Below are positions 31,513 to 45,130 of a stretch of DNA of 64,000 nucleotides, piece after piece. Below the pieces are notes generated by a model, which was not told where the DNA came from, made no database searches, and saw only the letters and a program-made list of their open reading frames with translations. This stretch comes from Bacillota bacterium (GTDB taxonomy: Bacteria > Bacillota > Clostridia > Ch29), in NCBI GenBank assembly GCA_040766775.1, contig JAXGPT010000002.1, positions 34,607 to 98,606 of the forward strand, read 5' to 3'. Made by a program: the position numbers and the translations under genes. The stretch's first letter is position 1, and each line of letters opens with the position of its first letter.

Positions 31513-32344
31513 ATGAATGTGGCTGTGCTGCAGTTGAGGTAAATGCTGAAGAGACGAAGGATGAGCGTATAACCTATGTTGTAGACATTTTGAGGGCATG
31601 TACCGGGGATACAGGTGTCCCCACTGTATTAAGCGTTCCTGAAATATGGGGCACGGGTTTCTTTAATTTTGACAGTCATCAAAAAAGAGGCTGAAGAGAT
31701 ACAGGGACAGACATATTCAGCCTTTGCTCCCATGGCGGAAAAACTGTGGGTGTTAGCATCCTGACCAGAAGCCCGTGGAGCGGGAGGGCAGCACCTTACA
31801 ACACCTCCCTTCTTATTGACCCGGAAGGAAATATAGCGGCCCGGTACAGGAAAATTCACCTGTTCGGCTATAAGTCCAGGGAGACCCCGAAATACTTACA
31901 CCGGGTAAGGACATAACTGTGGTTGATACAGAGCTGGGCGTATGGGCGGAACCCACCTGCTACGACCCAGGTTCCCCGAACTGTTCCGAGCCATGGATAA
32001 AGGCGCCTAGGTTTTCTTGGTGGTAGCGGCATGGGTTGCTACCAGGTTGACCACTGGTCCTTACTCAATAAGGCAAGGGCGATTGAAAACCAGTGTTACC
32101 TTATATCCTGCAACTGTGCCGGTATCCACGGTGGAGTGACCTTCGGAGGACGCAGCATGGTTGTGGACCCCTGGGGTGTTGCCGTGGCCTCGGGGGGAGA
32201 CAGGGAAACGGTGGTCTGGGCAAGTATTGACCTTGAAGAGGTGGAAAAACCGCAGCGCCTTTCCGGCGCTTGTGGACCGGGTTCTTTAACCCGGATTACT
32301 TCCCGCTTGACATTTGGAGCAGCGGTGGTATTATATATGTGACA
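31513..32344 (+). pseudogene. Carbon-nitrogen hydrolase (nitrilase/omega-amidase family), about 6 frameshifts
   Basis: MNVAVLQL.., ..VLSVPEIWGTGF.., ..IHLFGYKSRE.., ..RFPELFRAMDKGA.VFLVVAAW.., ..LLNKARAIENQCYLISCNCAG..GGRSMVVDPWG in different frames; strong TTGACA-16-TATTAT promoter at 31371-31398. Confidence 0.6.
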
Positions 32345-32486
32345 AGACAGGTGTATATACATTATACTGCCATGAATCTTATACATTAATTAGCGGGGAG
32401 AGGTTGAATTGGAAAAAATAGCAGGTTTTTTAAAAAGAAAACATCGAAATTTCACTGCATAGGACGGTATTCAAGCCCTTGGGGCT

Positions 32487-33415
32487 ATGGCCCAGGGGCT
32501 GTTTGCAACCCTTATTATAGGACTTATACTGAAGGTTATTGGAGAAAACTTAAATATTCCTTTTCTTTACGAAGTGGTATATCCCGCGGCACAGCAAATG
32601 ACCGGCCCGGCAATAGCGGTGGCGGTGGCCTACGGACTGCAGGCCCCGCCCCTTGTACTGTTCGCCTCCACCGTCACCGGAATGGTGGAACCATTTGGAG
32701 GCCCGGTGGGGGCCTTGTGGCGGCGGTAATAGGTGCGGAATTTGCAAATGGTATCAAAGGAGACCAAGGTGGATATACCGGTGACGACGGCGGTCACCAT
32801 AGTAACGGGAGTACTGGCGGGCATGCTGGTGGTCCCGGTATCATCCCTTATGACCGGTCTAGGGCGGTGGATAATGTGGGCTACCGAGCTGCACCGATAC
32901 CAATGGGTATTTTCGTCTCGGTGCTGATGGGAATGGTTCTTACGCCGCCCAAGCAAGGTGCGGCTCTTGCAATAATGCTGGAGTTGGGCGGGCTTGCCGC
33001 CGGGGCGGCTACCGTTGGCTGTAGCACCCAGATGGTAGGTTTCGCGGTGGCCAGCTACAGGGGAAATGGGTGGGGAGGGCTGATTTCATTACAGGGTCTC
33101 GGAACGTCTATGCTGCAGGGTGCCCAATATTGTGAAAAATCCCCGGATATGGATTCCCCCACTCTGGCCTCGGCGATTATAGGTCCCTTTGCCACCACGC
33201 TGTTTAGGATGGAAAACATACCCATGGAGCGGGATGGGTACCAGCGGCCTGGTGGGTCAGTTCGGGACGGTGGCGGCTATGGGGACAAGCGCTGCCGTTT
33301 TTGGAAAGATGCTGCTTTTGCATATCGCCGCACCGGCGGTATTGACCCCGTTATTTCCGAATACATGAGAAAAATTGGCTGGATAAAAGCCGGCGATATG
33401 AAGTTACCCGAGTGA
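32487..33415 (+). CDS. Integral membrane protein, unidentified family, frameshifted
   Basis: Hydrophobic ORFs in two frames (32487-32729, 32717-33415). Confidence 0.35.
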
Positions 33416-33503
33416 AGTGGGATGTGGGAAGTGGGATGTGGAAAATATGATGTGAGATGCGATAGTATATGTCCTGTCACCTGAACTCAAGGAGGGCCGT
33501 CAT

Positions 33504-34391
33504 TGGACTATAGAATTACAGAAAACGGAATACTTGTCAAGAACGCAAGGGACTTTGAGCCGGAGCATATATTCGAGTTGTGGTCATGCTTCCGCTGGAA
33601 CAAAATGCCAGACGGAAGCTACAGGGTAAATGCCGGCGGAAGAATCCTATGCGGAAAAAAGGGGCGGCGATATACTCCTTGACGGGACCGATGAGAAAGA
33701 GTTCACTAGGAGTACTGGGGCCCGGTACTTTGACCTGGAGAGGGACTACGGTCAAATCAAACAGGCATTATCCCGCGACCCGGTGCTTAAAAGGGCGGTG
33801 AAATTGGAAGCGGAATACGCATCCTCAATCAGGATACCTGGGAGACGCTTATTTCTTATAATCTCTGCCAACAACAGGATCCCGAGGATAAAGACAACCA
33901 TAGAAAGGTTGTGCCGCTGTTTTGGCAGTCAAGGAGAAGCAAAGGGGGAAACCTTTTTCGACTTTCCCACCCCGCAGCGCCTGTCGAGGCTGGACGAGCA
34001 GGATATACGCTCCTGCGGCTGCGGTTTTAGGGCAAGGTACGTGCTCCAAGCTGCAAGAATGGTGGAGGAAGGAAGGGTGAACCTTGCATCACTGGAGCGT
34101 ATGTCCACCTCGGAGGCGAGGTCGGTGCTCTTAAGTTTCCCCGGTGTAGGGCCCAAGGTTGCGGACTGCATCCTGCTCTTTTCCATGGCCCGGTTCGAAG
34201 TTTTCCCGGTGGACGTATGGGTAAAAAGGGTGATGGAGCATTATTATTTGAAAGGGGATGCTCCCCTGGCGGAGGTCAGGCGGTATGCCGAGGAAAGGTT
34301 CGGCTCCCTTGCCGGGGCGGCGCAGCAGTACCTGTTCTATTATGCGAGGAGCACCATGGGCAGGGGACCCCGGATAGTAATGGAATGTTGA
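33504..34391 (+). CDS. ogg: 8-oxoguanine DNA glycosylase (HhH-GPD family), frameshifted at the 5' end
   Basis: N-terminal ..CGQCFRWNKMPDGSYRV.. in one frame; HhH-GPD ..LLSFPGVGPKVADCILLFSMARFEVFPVDVWVKRVM.. in the 253-aa ORF. Confidence 0.7.
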
Positions 34392-34490
34392 AAAGTCGCA
34401 TAATTAATGGATAGAAAGAGAAATAGCGGCACATTCTGCTGTCACTTGGTATTTTAACCGTTTTTGGCTCAATTTTAGCCGGAACAGGGT

Positions 34491-34558
34491 TTGATTACTC
34501 TGCCGGCTTTTAATATTATATAAACTGTAATTAGCACTCGCCAATGGCGAGTGCTAAC
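34491..34558 (+). promoter_or_regulatory. groESL promoter plus CIRCE (HrcA operator)
   Basis: TTGATT-17-TATTAT, then perfect CIRCE TTAGCACTC-gccaatggc-GAGTGCTAA at 34532-34558. Confidence 0.9.
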
Positions 34559-34601
34559 AAACGCCAAACCAAACCATACATATAGGATAGGAGGGTAAAA
34601 T

Positions 34602-34886
34602 ATGAACATCAAACCACTTGGAGACAGGGTAGTAGTAAGGGTGCTGGAAAAAGAGGAAACCACCAAGAGTGGGATTGTGCTGCCCGAAGCCGCGAAGGAA
34701 AAACCCCAGGAAGGTGAAGTGCTGGCGGTGGGAAGCGGAGAATTGATAGAGGGCAAGAGGATTCCCCTGGAAGTCAAGGTTGGGGACAGGGTTATTTATT
34801 CAAAGTATGCGGGCACCGAAGTCAAAATGGACGACCAGGAATACCTTATCCTAAGGCAGAGCGATATACTTGCCATTATTGAATAG
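34602..34886 (+). CDS. groES: Co-chaperonin GroES
   Basis: 94 aa, canonical GroES. Confidence 0.95.
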   Translation: MNIKPLGDRVVVRVLEKEETTKSGIVLPEAAKEKPQEGEVLAVGSGELIEGKRIPLEVKVGDRVIYSKYAGTEVKMDDQEYLILRQSDILAIIE

Positions 34887-34908
34887 GCAAAACCAATAAA
34901 AGGAGTGA

Positions 34909-36537
<1,629 letters not shown>

Positions 36538-36546
36538 TAGAAAAAA

Positions 36547-36572
36547 GAAGCCGTTTTCACGGCTTCTTTTTT
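36547..36572. terminator. Bidirectional intrinsic terminator (groEL and convergent cotF-like gene)
   Basis: gaagccg-ttttca-cggcttc followed by TTTTTT. Confidence 0.75.
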
Positions 36573-36838
36573 CAGCTTATGGGGGTGGCAAACCTTCGCT
36601 TCAGCATCTCAATATCCTGGCTGCTGGCGTTTCTTGTTTTATGCCATCCCCTTTTTTGTATGGCCTTTAGTATGTCAAGACGCATCCTGTGGGTTTCATT
36701 CAAAATATTCTCCAATATATGGCTAAAAGCTTCCCCCGTGCTCTCGTTTATGCACCCGTTATACGAGCTTGAAAGCTGTTTTTCCGAAAGCAAAAGGTCT
36801 ATCAGGATTTCCCTGTCTCCAAAATAGCCGGTATCCAT
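36572..36838 (-). CDS. Spore coat protein, Coat F domain family
   Basis: ..DLLLSEKQLSSSYNGCINES..RMRLDILKAIQKRGWH.. matches the Coat_F pattern. Confidence 0.65.
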   Translation of the reverse strand: MDTGYFGDREILIDLLLSEKQLSSSYNGCINESTGEAFSHILENILNETHRMRLDILKAIQKRGWHKTRNASSQDIEMLKRRFATPIS

Positions 36839-36853
36839 CGTAGGGAAACCTCC

Positions 36854-37084
36854 TTAATTGTTGTCGCTGTGGGATACTACGTAACTTAATAGGGTTTCAT
36901 AATGCCTCTTGTGCTTCTCGGCCAGGCTGCTGCATAGGTTTTTAAGCTCGGAATCGCTGCACTGCCTGGAATACTGCCTAAGCTTTGATATCATCAGTGA
37001 TTCCTGGGATAATTGTTCCTCCAGTATGGACAAGTTTTTGGATGACAGCGGTTCAAAGGCTTCCTCTGGATAGGGATTTTCCAT
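36854..37084 (-). CDS. Small spore-coat-associated protein (partner of the Coat-F protein)
   Basis: 76 aa from MENPYPEE.. with GGAGG RBS; the longer track ORF (to 37195) has no RBS. Confidence 0.45.
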   Translation of the reverse strand: MENPYPEEAFEPLSSKNLSILEEQLSQESLMISKLRQYSRQCSDSELKNLCSSLAEKHKRHYETLLSYVVSHSDNN

Positions 37085-37276
37085 CCGGTGACCTCCCCTT
37101 ATATTTTTTTTCTTTTGTATATTATTGTCTTCCGTTGTTTTTTTATTTGGGTAAAATGTTTCCCATATAGATATAATACTCCTTAATTGGGACATTTCGC
37201 ACTTTTTTGGTATAATATTAATATTAAACCCGCTGCCGGGTGAAGCACCCGCCCGGGTTAAAGACCAATAAAGTAT

Positions 37277-37305
37277 TTGACAAGGTATTCTAATTTGACT
37301 ATAAT
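37277..37305 (+). promoter_or_regulatory. Sigma-A promoter of guaB
   Basis: TTGACA-17-TATAAT perfect consensus. Confidence 0.7.
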
Positions 37306-37321
37306 ACTCAAAAATACCTGA

Positions 37322-38842
<1,521 letters not shown>

Positions 38843-38857
38843 GAAAGGGGTATAAAG

Positions 38858-39856
38858 ATGCCACAGCCTTATGACAGCGGGCTTAGTGAACAACACCGCA
38901 GGCAGGATATTGACGTGGAAAAATTTATTGAGGACCAGGTTAGGACCATACGGGAGACGGTCGGGGACAAAAGGGCCCTGTGTGCCCTAAGCGGCGGCGT
39001 GGATTCATCGGTGGCGGCGGTGCTGGTGCACAAGGCTATTGGCGACCGGCTAAGCTGCATTTTTGTAAACCACGGTCTTCTTAGGAAGGACGAAGAGGCA
39101 GAGGTGGAAAGGGTATTCGGGGACATGTTCAACATGAACCTAGTAACGGTGGATGCAGCCGACAGGTTTTTGAGCCGGCTTGAGGGTGTAACCGACCCGG
39201 AAGCAAAGAGAAAGATAATCGGCGAGGAATTCATAAGGGTGTTCGAGGAAGAGGCCGACAAGCTGGGCAGGGTGGACTTCCTGGTACAGGGCACCATATA
39301 CCCCGATGTGGTTGAAAGCGGCAGCAAGGGAGCGACTGTAATAAAGAGCCACCACAACGTGGGTGGGCTGCCGGAGAACATGACCCTTTCACTCATAGAG
39401 CCCCTAAGGTCGCTTTACAAGTACCAGGTAAGGGAGGTAGGCTTAGGCCTTGGGCTTCCGGAGCATCAAGTATGGCGCCAGCCCTTCCCCGGGCCCGGCC
39501 TTGCCGTAAGGACAATAGGGAAGGTCACCAGGGAAAGGCTCCAGCTGCTTAAGGAGGCGGATGCGATAGTCAGGGAGGAAATAGCGAAGGCCGGCCTTGA
39601 AAGGGACATATGGCAGTACTTCGCAGTGCTTTTGGACATAAAATCCGTCGGTGTAAAAAAGGACGAGCGCACCTATGACCACGTGGTGGCAATAAGGGCC
39701 GTGAACAGTTCCGATGGAATGACGGCGGACTGGGTGAAGATACCCCATGATGTACTGGGAAGGATTTCGTCAAGGATCGTAAACAATGTAAAGGGCATCA
39801 ACAGGGTTGTTTATGATATTACGACCAAACCGCCGGGAACCATAGAGTGGGAATAG
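38858..39856 (+). CDS. guaA: GMP synthase ATP-pyrophosphatase domain only (GuaA subunit-B-like); no GATase domain
   Basis: Starts at the PP-loop region ([10 protein letters not shown] at residues ~44-53) and runs to the canonical C-terminus ..TIEWE. Confidence 0.8.
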   Translation: MPQPYDSGLSEQHRRQDIDVEKFIEDQVRTIRETVGDKRALCALSGGVDSSVAAVLVHKAIGDRLSCIFVNHGLLRKDEEAEVERVFGDMFNMNLVTVDAADRFLSRLEGVTDPEAKRKIIGEEFIRVFEEEADKLGRVDFLVQGTIYPDVVESGSKGATVIKSHHNVGGLPENMTLSLIEPLRSLYKYQVREVGLGLGLPEHQVWRQPFPGPGLAVRTIGKVTRERLQLLKEADAIVREEIAKAGLERDIWQYFAVLLDIKSVGVKKDERTYDHVVAIRAVNSSDGMTADWVKIPHDVLGRISSRIVNNVKGINRVVYDITTKPPGTIEWE

Positions 39857-39957
39857 AAAGCAAAAGAACCCGGAAACCTGGGCAAATAAAGGGTTATCGC
39901 CCACAGGGATAGCAAATGAACCGGGGGGTAACCGGTACGGGGCAGCAAGGAAATCAA

Positions 39958-39995
39958 AAAGCCAGTCACGCTTAAATTGTGTGACTGGCTTTTTA
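39958..39995. terminator. Bidirectional terminator between guaA and the SLH-protein gene
   Basis: agccagtcac...gtgactggct hairpin with T-tracts on both strands. Confidence 0.7.
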
Positions 39996-40025
39996 ATTCT
40001 AATGGTCTGCTTTAATTGTTACGGA

Positions 40026-43000
40026 TTACTTACCCAGCAGGTTATACAGCACCTGTGCCATTTCGGCACGGGTGGTTGTGCCCTGTGGTGTGAGCTTCCC
40101 ATCGCTGCCGCCCAAGGTGCCGGCCTCGACCAGCAGCTTCATGGCACCTTTTGCCCAGGGAGCGATGGCATCCGAGTCGGCGAAGTCGGCAAGAGTCTTG
40201 CCGGAACTGCCTTCGGGTAACTGCCCGATCACCTTGAGGGCATTATGCAGCAGGGTGAACATCTCCTGGCGGGTGATTTCCTTCTCAGGAGCGAACAGGT
40301 TGTTGCCTATGCCTGCGGATATGCCAAGCCTCTTGGCTGCGGCCAGGTAGCCGGTGTACCAGGTGCTGCCCGCATCGGAGAAGTTATCCTTCGGATTAGC
40401 GTCGGGAGCCATGCCGTACGCCTTCATCAGCATGACGATGAACTGCCCCCTGGTCAGCTTTGCTTCCGGGCTGAAATTGCCGCTCCCCGTACCGGTGGTG
40501 ATCTCCCTTGCGGCGATAAAGGAAACCGCTCTTTCATACCACGCATCCGCCGCTACATCGCTGAAGCTTACCTGCTTGTAGCTTACGGCATAGTAACTGA
40601 AGTGTGTGGTGGTGAAGGTCACGTTTCCGGTAGCCGGGTCATAGTGCCCGTTGGGTATGGTAACAACATTACCGGAACCGTCGATGTACCATACGACAAT
40701 GCTTTCAGGATTGGCAAGCTCCTCACCGTGGGGGTATAAGGTATGCTCACAGTAACGGGCGCGTCCGGATTGTTCCATTCGGTCTGCCTGCCGTCAATGG
40801 ACAGCGTGAGCTGAATGAGGGGCTTATCGCCTATGGCGGACTTCACATCGTCGGGCAGATTGTCTTTATCCCCATGCGGTGCTGATCTCTGCCTGGCTTC
40901 CGTTTATACCCGAAATGCCGGTCAGGATATTGGACGGAACAATGATAGTGCCCTGAGCCGTTTCGACAGTCAGGCCTTCCTGGCCCGCGGTGGCAAGATT
41001 CTGAACCGGTATTCCGACAGAATAAGTGTCCACATCGGGGATCGAAGGTATTGTAATAACAGTCCCTTCTGATGTGAGTTTATGAGAGCCTATGTCTATA
41101 TGGGCGGTTCCGCTTTTTGTGTCAACGGTCACCGGAAGAGTTGCCGCAGGGCCGCTTCCTGCCTGAATAACGGCGTTAAAGGCCGGAGTAGTCGGCGTTG
41201 ACTTAGTAGTGCTTCCGCCACCGCCACCGCCGCCACCGCCGCTATATGTCCATTTAGCGTAGACGGTCATCGCGGCGTTCACAGGCGTTTCAGAGGTAAA
41301 CTGGGTGCCGGTGCCGTTTTCTCCCGTGAACCAGCCCCCGAAGGTATAATTGTTTCTCGCGGGATTAGCCGGCCAGGCAGCGTTTCCTATACTCTCGCCC
41401 GCATTGACGGTTTTGGTGGCATAAACTGAGCCGTTGCTTTCAAAAGTGACGGTATAGGTTGCGACTGGTACGGCATCCACTGTGAAGCTTGCCGTAAAGG
41501 TCTGCGCTGTTATATTGCCGCCGCCGGACACCGTGACCGTCGCCGTATATGTCCCGGCCGCCAGGCCCATTTTCGGAACCACGGTGAAAGTGTCGCTGCC
41601 GCCCACGGCTATGCTGTCGACGGCGGTATTGGACAGGGTGTAGCTGTTGGGGTCAGTTCCGCCCAGGGTACAAGTCAGGTCTCCCGTCGCCTGATTGCCT
41701 ACGTTGGTGATTGTTACGGTCAGCGGAGTAACGGAATCGTAGCCGGCGGTCTTGCCGGTGAAGGTGTGTATGCCGGTCTTATCCAGATCTATACCGTAGG
41801 TCGCCGGGTTTACCGTAAAGGACAGGCCGGCTGTCAGGGAAATGCCATTGTCGCCTGTGATGGTGAGCGTGTCTGTGTAGGTCCCGGCCGCAAGTCCCGT
41901 TTTGGGCCGGACGCTCACTGTAGCCGTACCGCCTGCGTTGAGGCTACTGGCAGATAAAGCCGCACTGATCTCAAAGTTCTCTCCGGATAGAACAGCCGAA
42001 AGGCCGGTGATCGTCCCCGTTCCGGTATTAGTGATGGTAAACTCCTGTGCGGCCTGCTGGGAGTAGTTCACCACCGCCGCCGTGAATGTTTTGCTTGCCG
42101 GGTCGATGTTGGCAATATATGTAGTGTCCGGGATATCCTCCCAGATGGCATACAGCGTCAGGTTATTTGCGGGCATGGCCACTGTCGTGTTGGCGGAATA
42201 AGCTGTCCCGGTACCGTCCGCCGCCGTGTTCCACTCCTTGAACTGCTTGCCGGGCGGTGGAGTGAAGGTGTTCCACGGCGCTGTGGTAAAGGTTTCAGCT
42301 GCATCCAGATATTCCTTGGCAGGGGCGGTACCGGTTCCACCGTTGGCGTCATAAGTAAGGCTGTAAACCACCTCTACCGGAATAGTTAGTTTAAGAAAAG
42401 CATCTTCGCCTGATTTTCTGCCGGATAAAACAAGAACATAGTCTCCGGCTGCTGTAGGGGCTATGGGGAAAGTCGTTGAGTTCTCCTTGCTGGCGTTTAA
42501 TTCGGCAGAAGTATTTTCAGTGTCAACTGTGTAATCAAATTCACTTGTGTCATATCCCATCACTCTTACATATTTCGTTTCCCCCACAGCCAATTTTTGA
42601 GGTCCGGGCAGGCTGTCAAAACAGCTTGAACCCTTATAAAACAAAGGCGCATGAGCGGATATTACCAGGTCTTCCGTTGAGGTGATTTCGTTATTGGTCG
42701 GACCCTCTTGGATATATATGCCGTAATTCTCGCTTTCATTTGTCGTGTTCATTATGGTGCCCCCGGTCAGCGTCAGAGCGCCGCCGTTAATAAAGATGCT
42801 GCCGTAAGAATTGCCGGTGATGGTTCCCCCGCTGACAGTAACCGTACAGCCGCCGGCCACATACAGCCCGTATTCTCCTGATATCGCTACATCTTTGCCG
42901 GAAATGATAATGGCACTACTAGAACCATAAACGCCATACAATGTTCCCATTATTTCAGCATCACCGCTGATCGAGACGCTTTACCGAGTCGATGCTATGA

Positions 43001-44035
43001 CGTTTATGCCGACAGAGCCGCTGAACGTTCCACCGCTGATGGCAGTATCACCGCAACCACCGAGGCCAATTACATCATTGGAGCTTGTAAAAGTACCGCC
43101 GCTGATTTCAACTGTACCTGGTTATTCAGGATGATATTATTAAAAGTTCCTCCGGTAATGGTGACTGTATTGGTATCAGAAATATCGATATAGCCGTTAA
43201 CCGTTCCGCCGCTGATCACAGTTGGGCAAGTATCCAGACTGAGGTTGCCGTTAATCGTTCCGTCGCTGATATCCATGGAACCGACATCTACGGCAACCGG
43301 AAACAGGGCGTTGATTTCCGCATCTCCGTCAATCTTCACATTCCCTTTTTCAACCCTAACTCCATACGTCTGTGCCGCTGTTTCAGGAACGGTGGTTGTA
43401 ATGGTACCACCGCTGACGGTTACTGTGCTTCTGCTGTCTGTTGAATCGTAATGGAAAAGTTTAATGCCGTGTGAATAGCCTGTGATTACTCCGCCGCTGA
43501 CATTCACCGTAACGATGCCCCCATTTGCATAGATGGCCCCTTCAGAAAATTTGTTGTACAGATCCAGGACGGCCCCGCCGTTAATGTTAACCGTGCCGCC
43601 GTCCTCTATATATATCGCGGAATGCCAGTCTTACTCAGAGATTCGATGGTACCGTTCTCAAGGGTAAATATGCCGTTGTCCTTCACTCTTATTGTCTGTT
43701 CTCCGCTGCCCGTTATGGTGAGAGCGCCGTCGACGGTCAGATTGCCGCGCGAGGCAACTATAAGGGAATAACCGGCTGTATCCAGGGTGATGGCATCCCC
43801 CCCGGAGAGGGTAACCGCTCTGCTTACAGTTATGTTTTTAGTTAAGGTAATATCGCCGGTAAGCGTGATGACATCATCAGTACCGCCTAGAGCGGCTTCC
43901 AATCCGGCTTGGTCAGAAACTTCCGCCGCCCGGGCGCTGCCTCCAGCAGAAGAATACAGCCAAGGCCAGGATTGTCCCAGAAAGCAGTTTCAACAATGTT
44001 TTTGCCTGATTATGCCTAATCATTGTTTCACTCAT
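40026..44035 (-). CDS. Large secreted surface protein: signal peptide, parallel beta-helix repeats, Flg_new (Listeria-Bacteroides) repeats, poly-Gly linker, Ig-like region, three C-terminal SLH domains; frameshifted
   Basis: Minus-strand ORFs 43913-44107 (signal), 43606-43902, 43070-43507, 40866-42950, 40026-40778 are contiguous pieces; ...GGTITG../..GGTVNG.. repeats; YSLTYDANGGTG.. and YTVTFESNGSVY.. repeats; G11 tract (41221-41250); SLH x3 at the C-terminus. Confidence 0.7.
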
Positions 44036-44653
44036 TTTTTTCCTCACTTTCTGTTCTTGGTTTTTTCTTTTATGGTTTTTGCTATCGCGCCGTCGCGCAT
44101 CGCACATGCAAATACCGATGGGGTCATAGGGCGTCCGCTCCCGGTAAAACCAGCCGCAACCGCCGCAGCCGCCGGGCGGCGGCTTCCCCGCTGACTTTGG
44201 CTTGCAGTTAGGGCAGCTCTCCTGCTCCGCCGTGGCAAAGGGCCTGCCTTCATCGGTATACTCCGGGTGCTCCCAAAGTCGGGATAGGCCGGATAGCTCT
44301 CGCCAAGCTGCTCGTCGTATTCAAGGTAAACGGGAAACTCCCGGCCTCCCGCCCGGAACACCTTGTATGGTTTCTTTTGCCCGGGGCACATTCACTACGC
44401 TCCTTTCGGGTAAGGAAAACAAAAACCCCTACGATAGTTTTTTTATTTACTATCATAGGGGCAAATGCATGTTTCCGGTAGTGACTTTTTGCCCTCAAAA
44501 AGTCACGTTTTTTTGGCGGATTAGATACTTGTTTCGCTGTTATTTGCAGGGCTATATAGGAAAACTTTACCGAAAAACCGCATACTGGGGCCCTTTTTAG
44601 CATGTATGGCGGCGGCTTAATAGTCGTTTGAACGACTATTTTTTAATCGCGGT

Positions 44654-45130
44654 TTACGCTGCGTTACACATGCCGGCATAAAGCACCGCGCAGGTCGCAA
44701 AAGCGCCCAGCATTGCGGAAAACACGCTTTTAAGCACGATATAGAGGTAAAACGGGACCGAGGTCATACCCAGCAGTGCAAATAACAAAGCCGTCAGAGA
44801 GGATAGAATGAGCGCAGCACCCAGGCCGAGTGATACAATAAGCAGCACGGGGCGGCGGAAAAGCCGCGCCAGCAGGCGTGCCGGAGGTGCCTTTGCAGCG
44901 AGAACGCCCCCGGTTTTGTCTCTGTGCAGGCTTGTTCTGCAGAAGGGCGCGGTGATGGCGAAGGTCAGCAGGCAGGTGATGGTTATATCGATGGTAGTGC
45001 TGACTGCGTCTGCAGGCACGAAATCCGCCTTATGGTAGATAAGGGCCGCGGCCATGCCGCCAATAAAGAAACTGAAGGCGGCGGAGACCGATGCCTGAAT
45101 GCGCAGATAAACGGCAAGCTCCCTGTTCAT
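44654..45130 (-). CDS. Small integral membrane protein (4 TM)
   Basis: 158 aa; GC-rich; overlaps the next gene by 4 nt. Confidence 0.5.
   Translation of the reverse strand: MNRELAVYLRIQASVSAAFSFFIGGMAAALIYHKADFVPADAVSTTIDITITCLLTFAITAPFCRTSLHRDKTGGVLAAKAPPARLLARLFRRPVLLIVSLGLGAALILSSLTALLFALLGMTSVPFYLYIVLKSVFSAMLGAFATCAVLYAGMCNAA

Noticed and set aside
31371-31694. 107-aa ORF MTIPNVMVLYVS... taken as a real gene
   Set aside because: It overlaps the promoter and the frameshifted 5' part of the C-N hydrolase gene; the MNVAVLQL start at 31513 is the genuine N-terminus.
41200-41260. Low-complexity CCGCCACCGCC repeat that could be taken for a CRISPR-like or microsatellite repeat
   Set aside because: It encodes a poly-Gly linker (G11) inside the large SLH protein on the minus strand.
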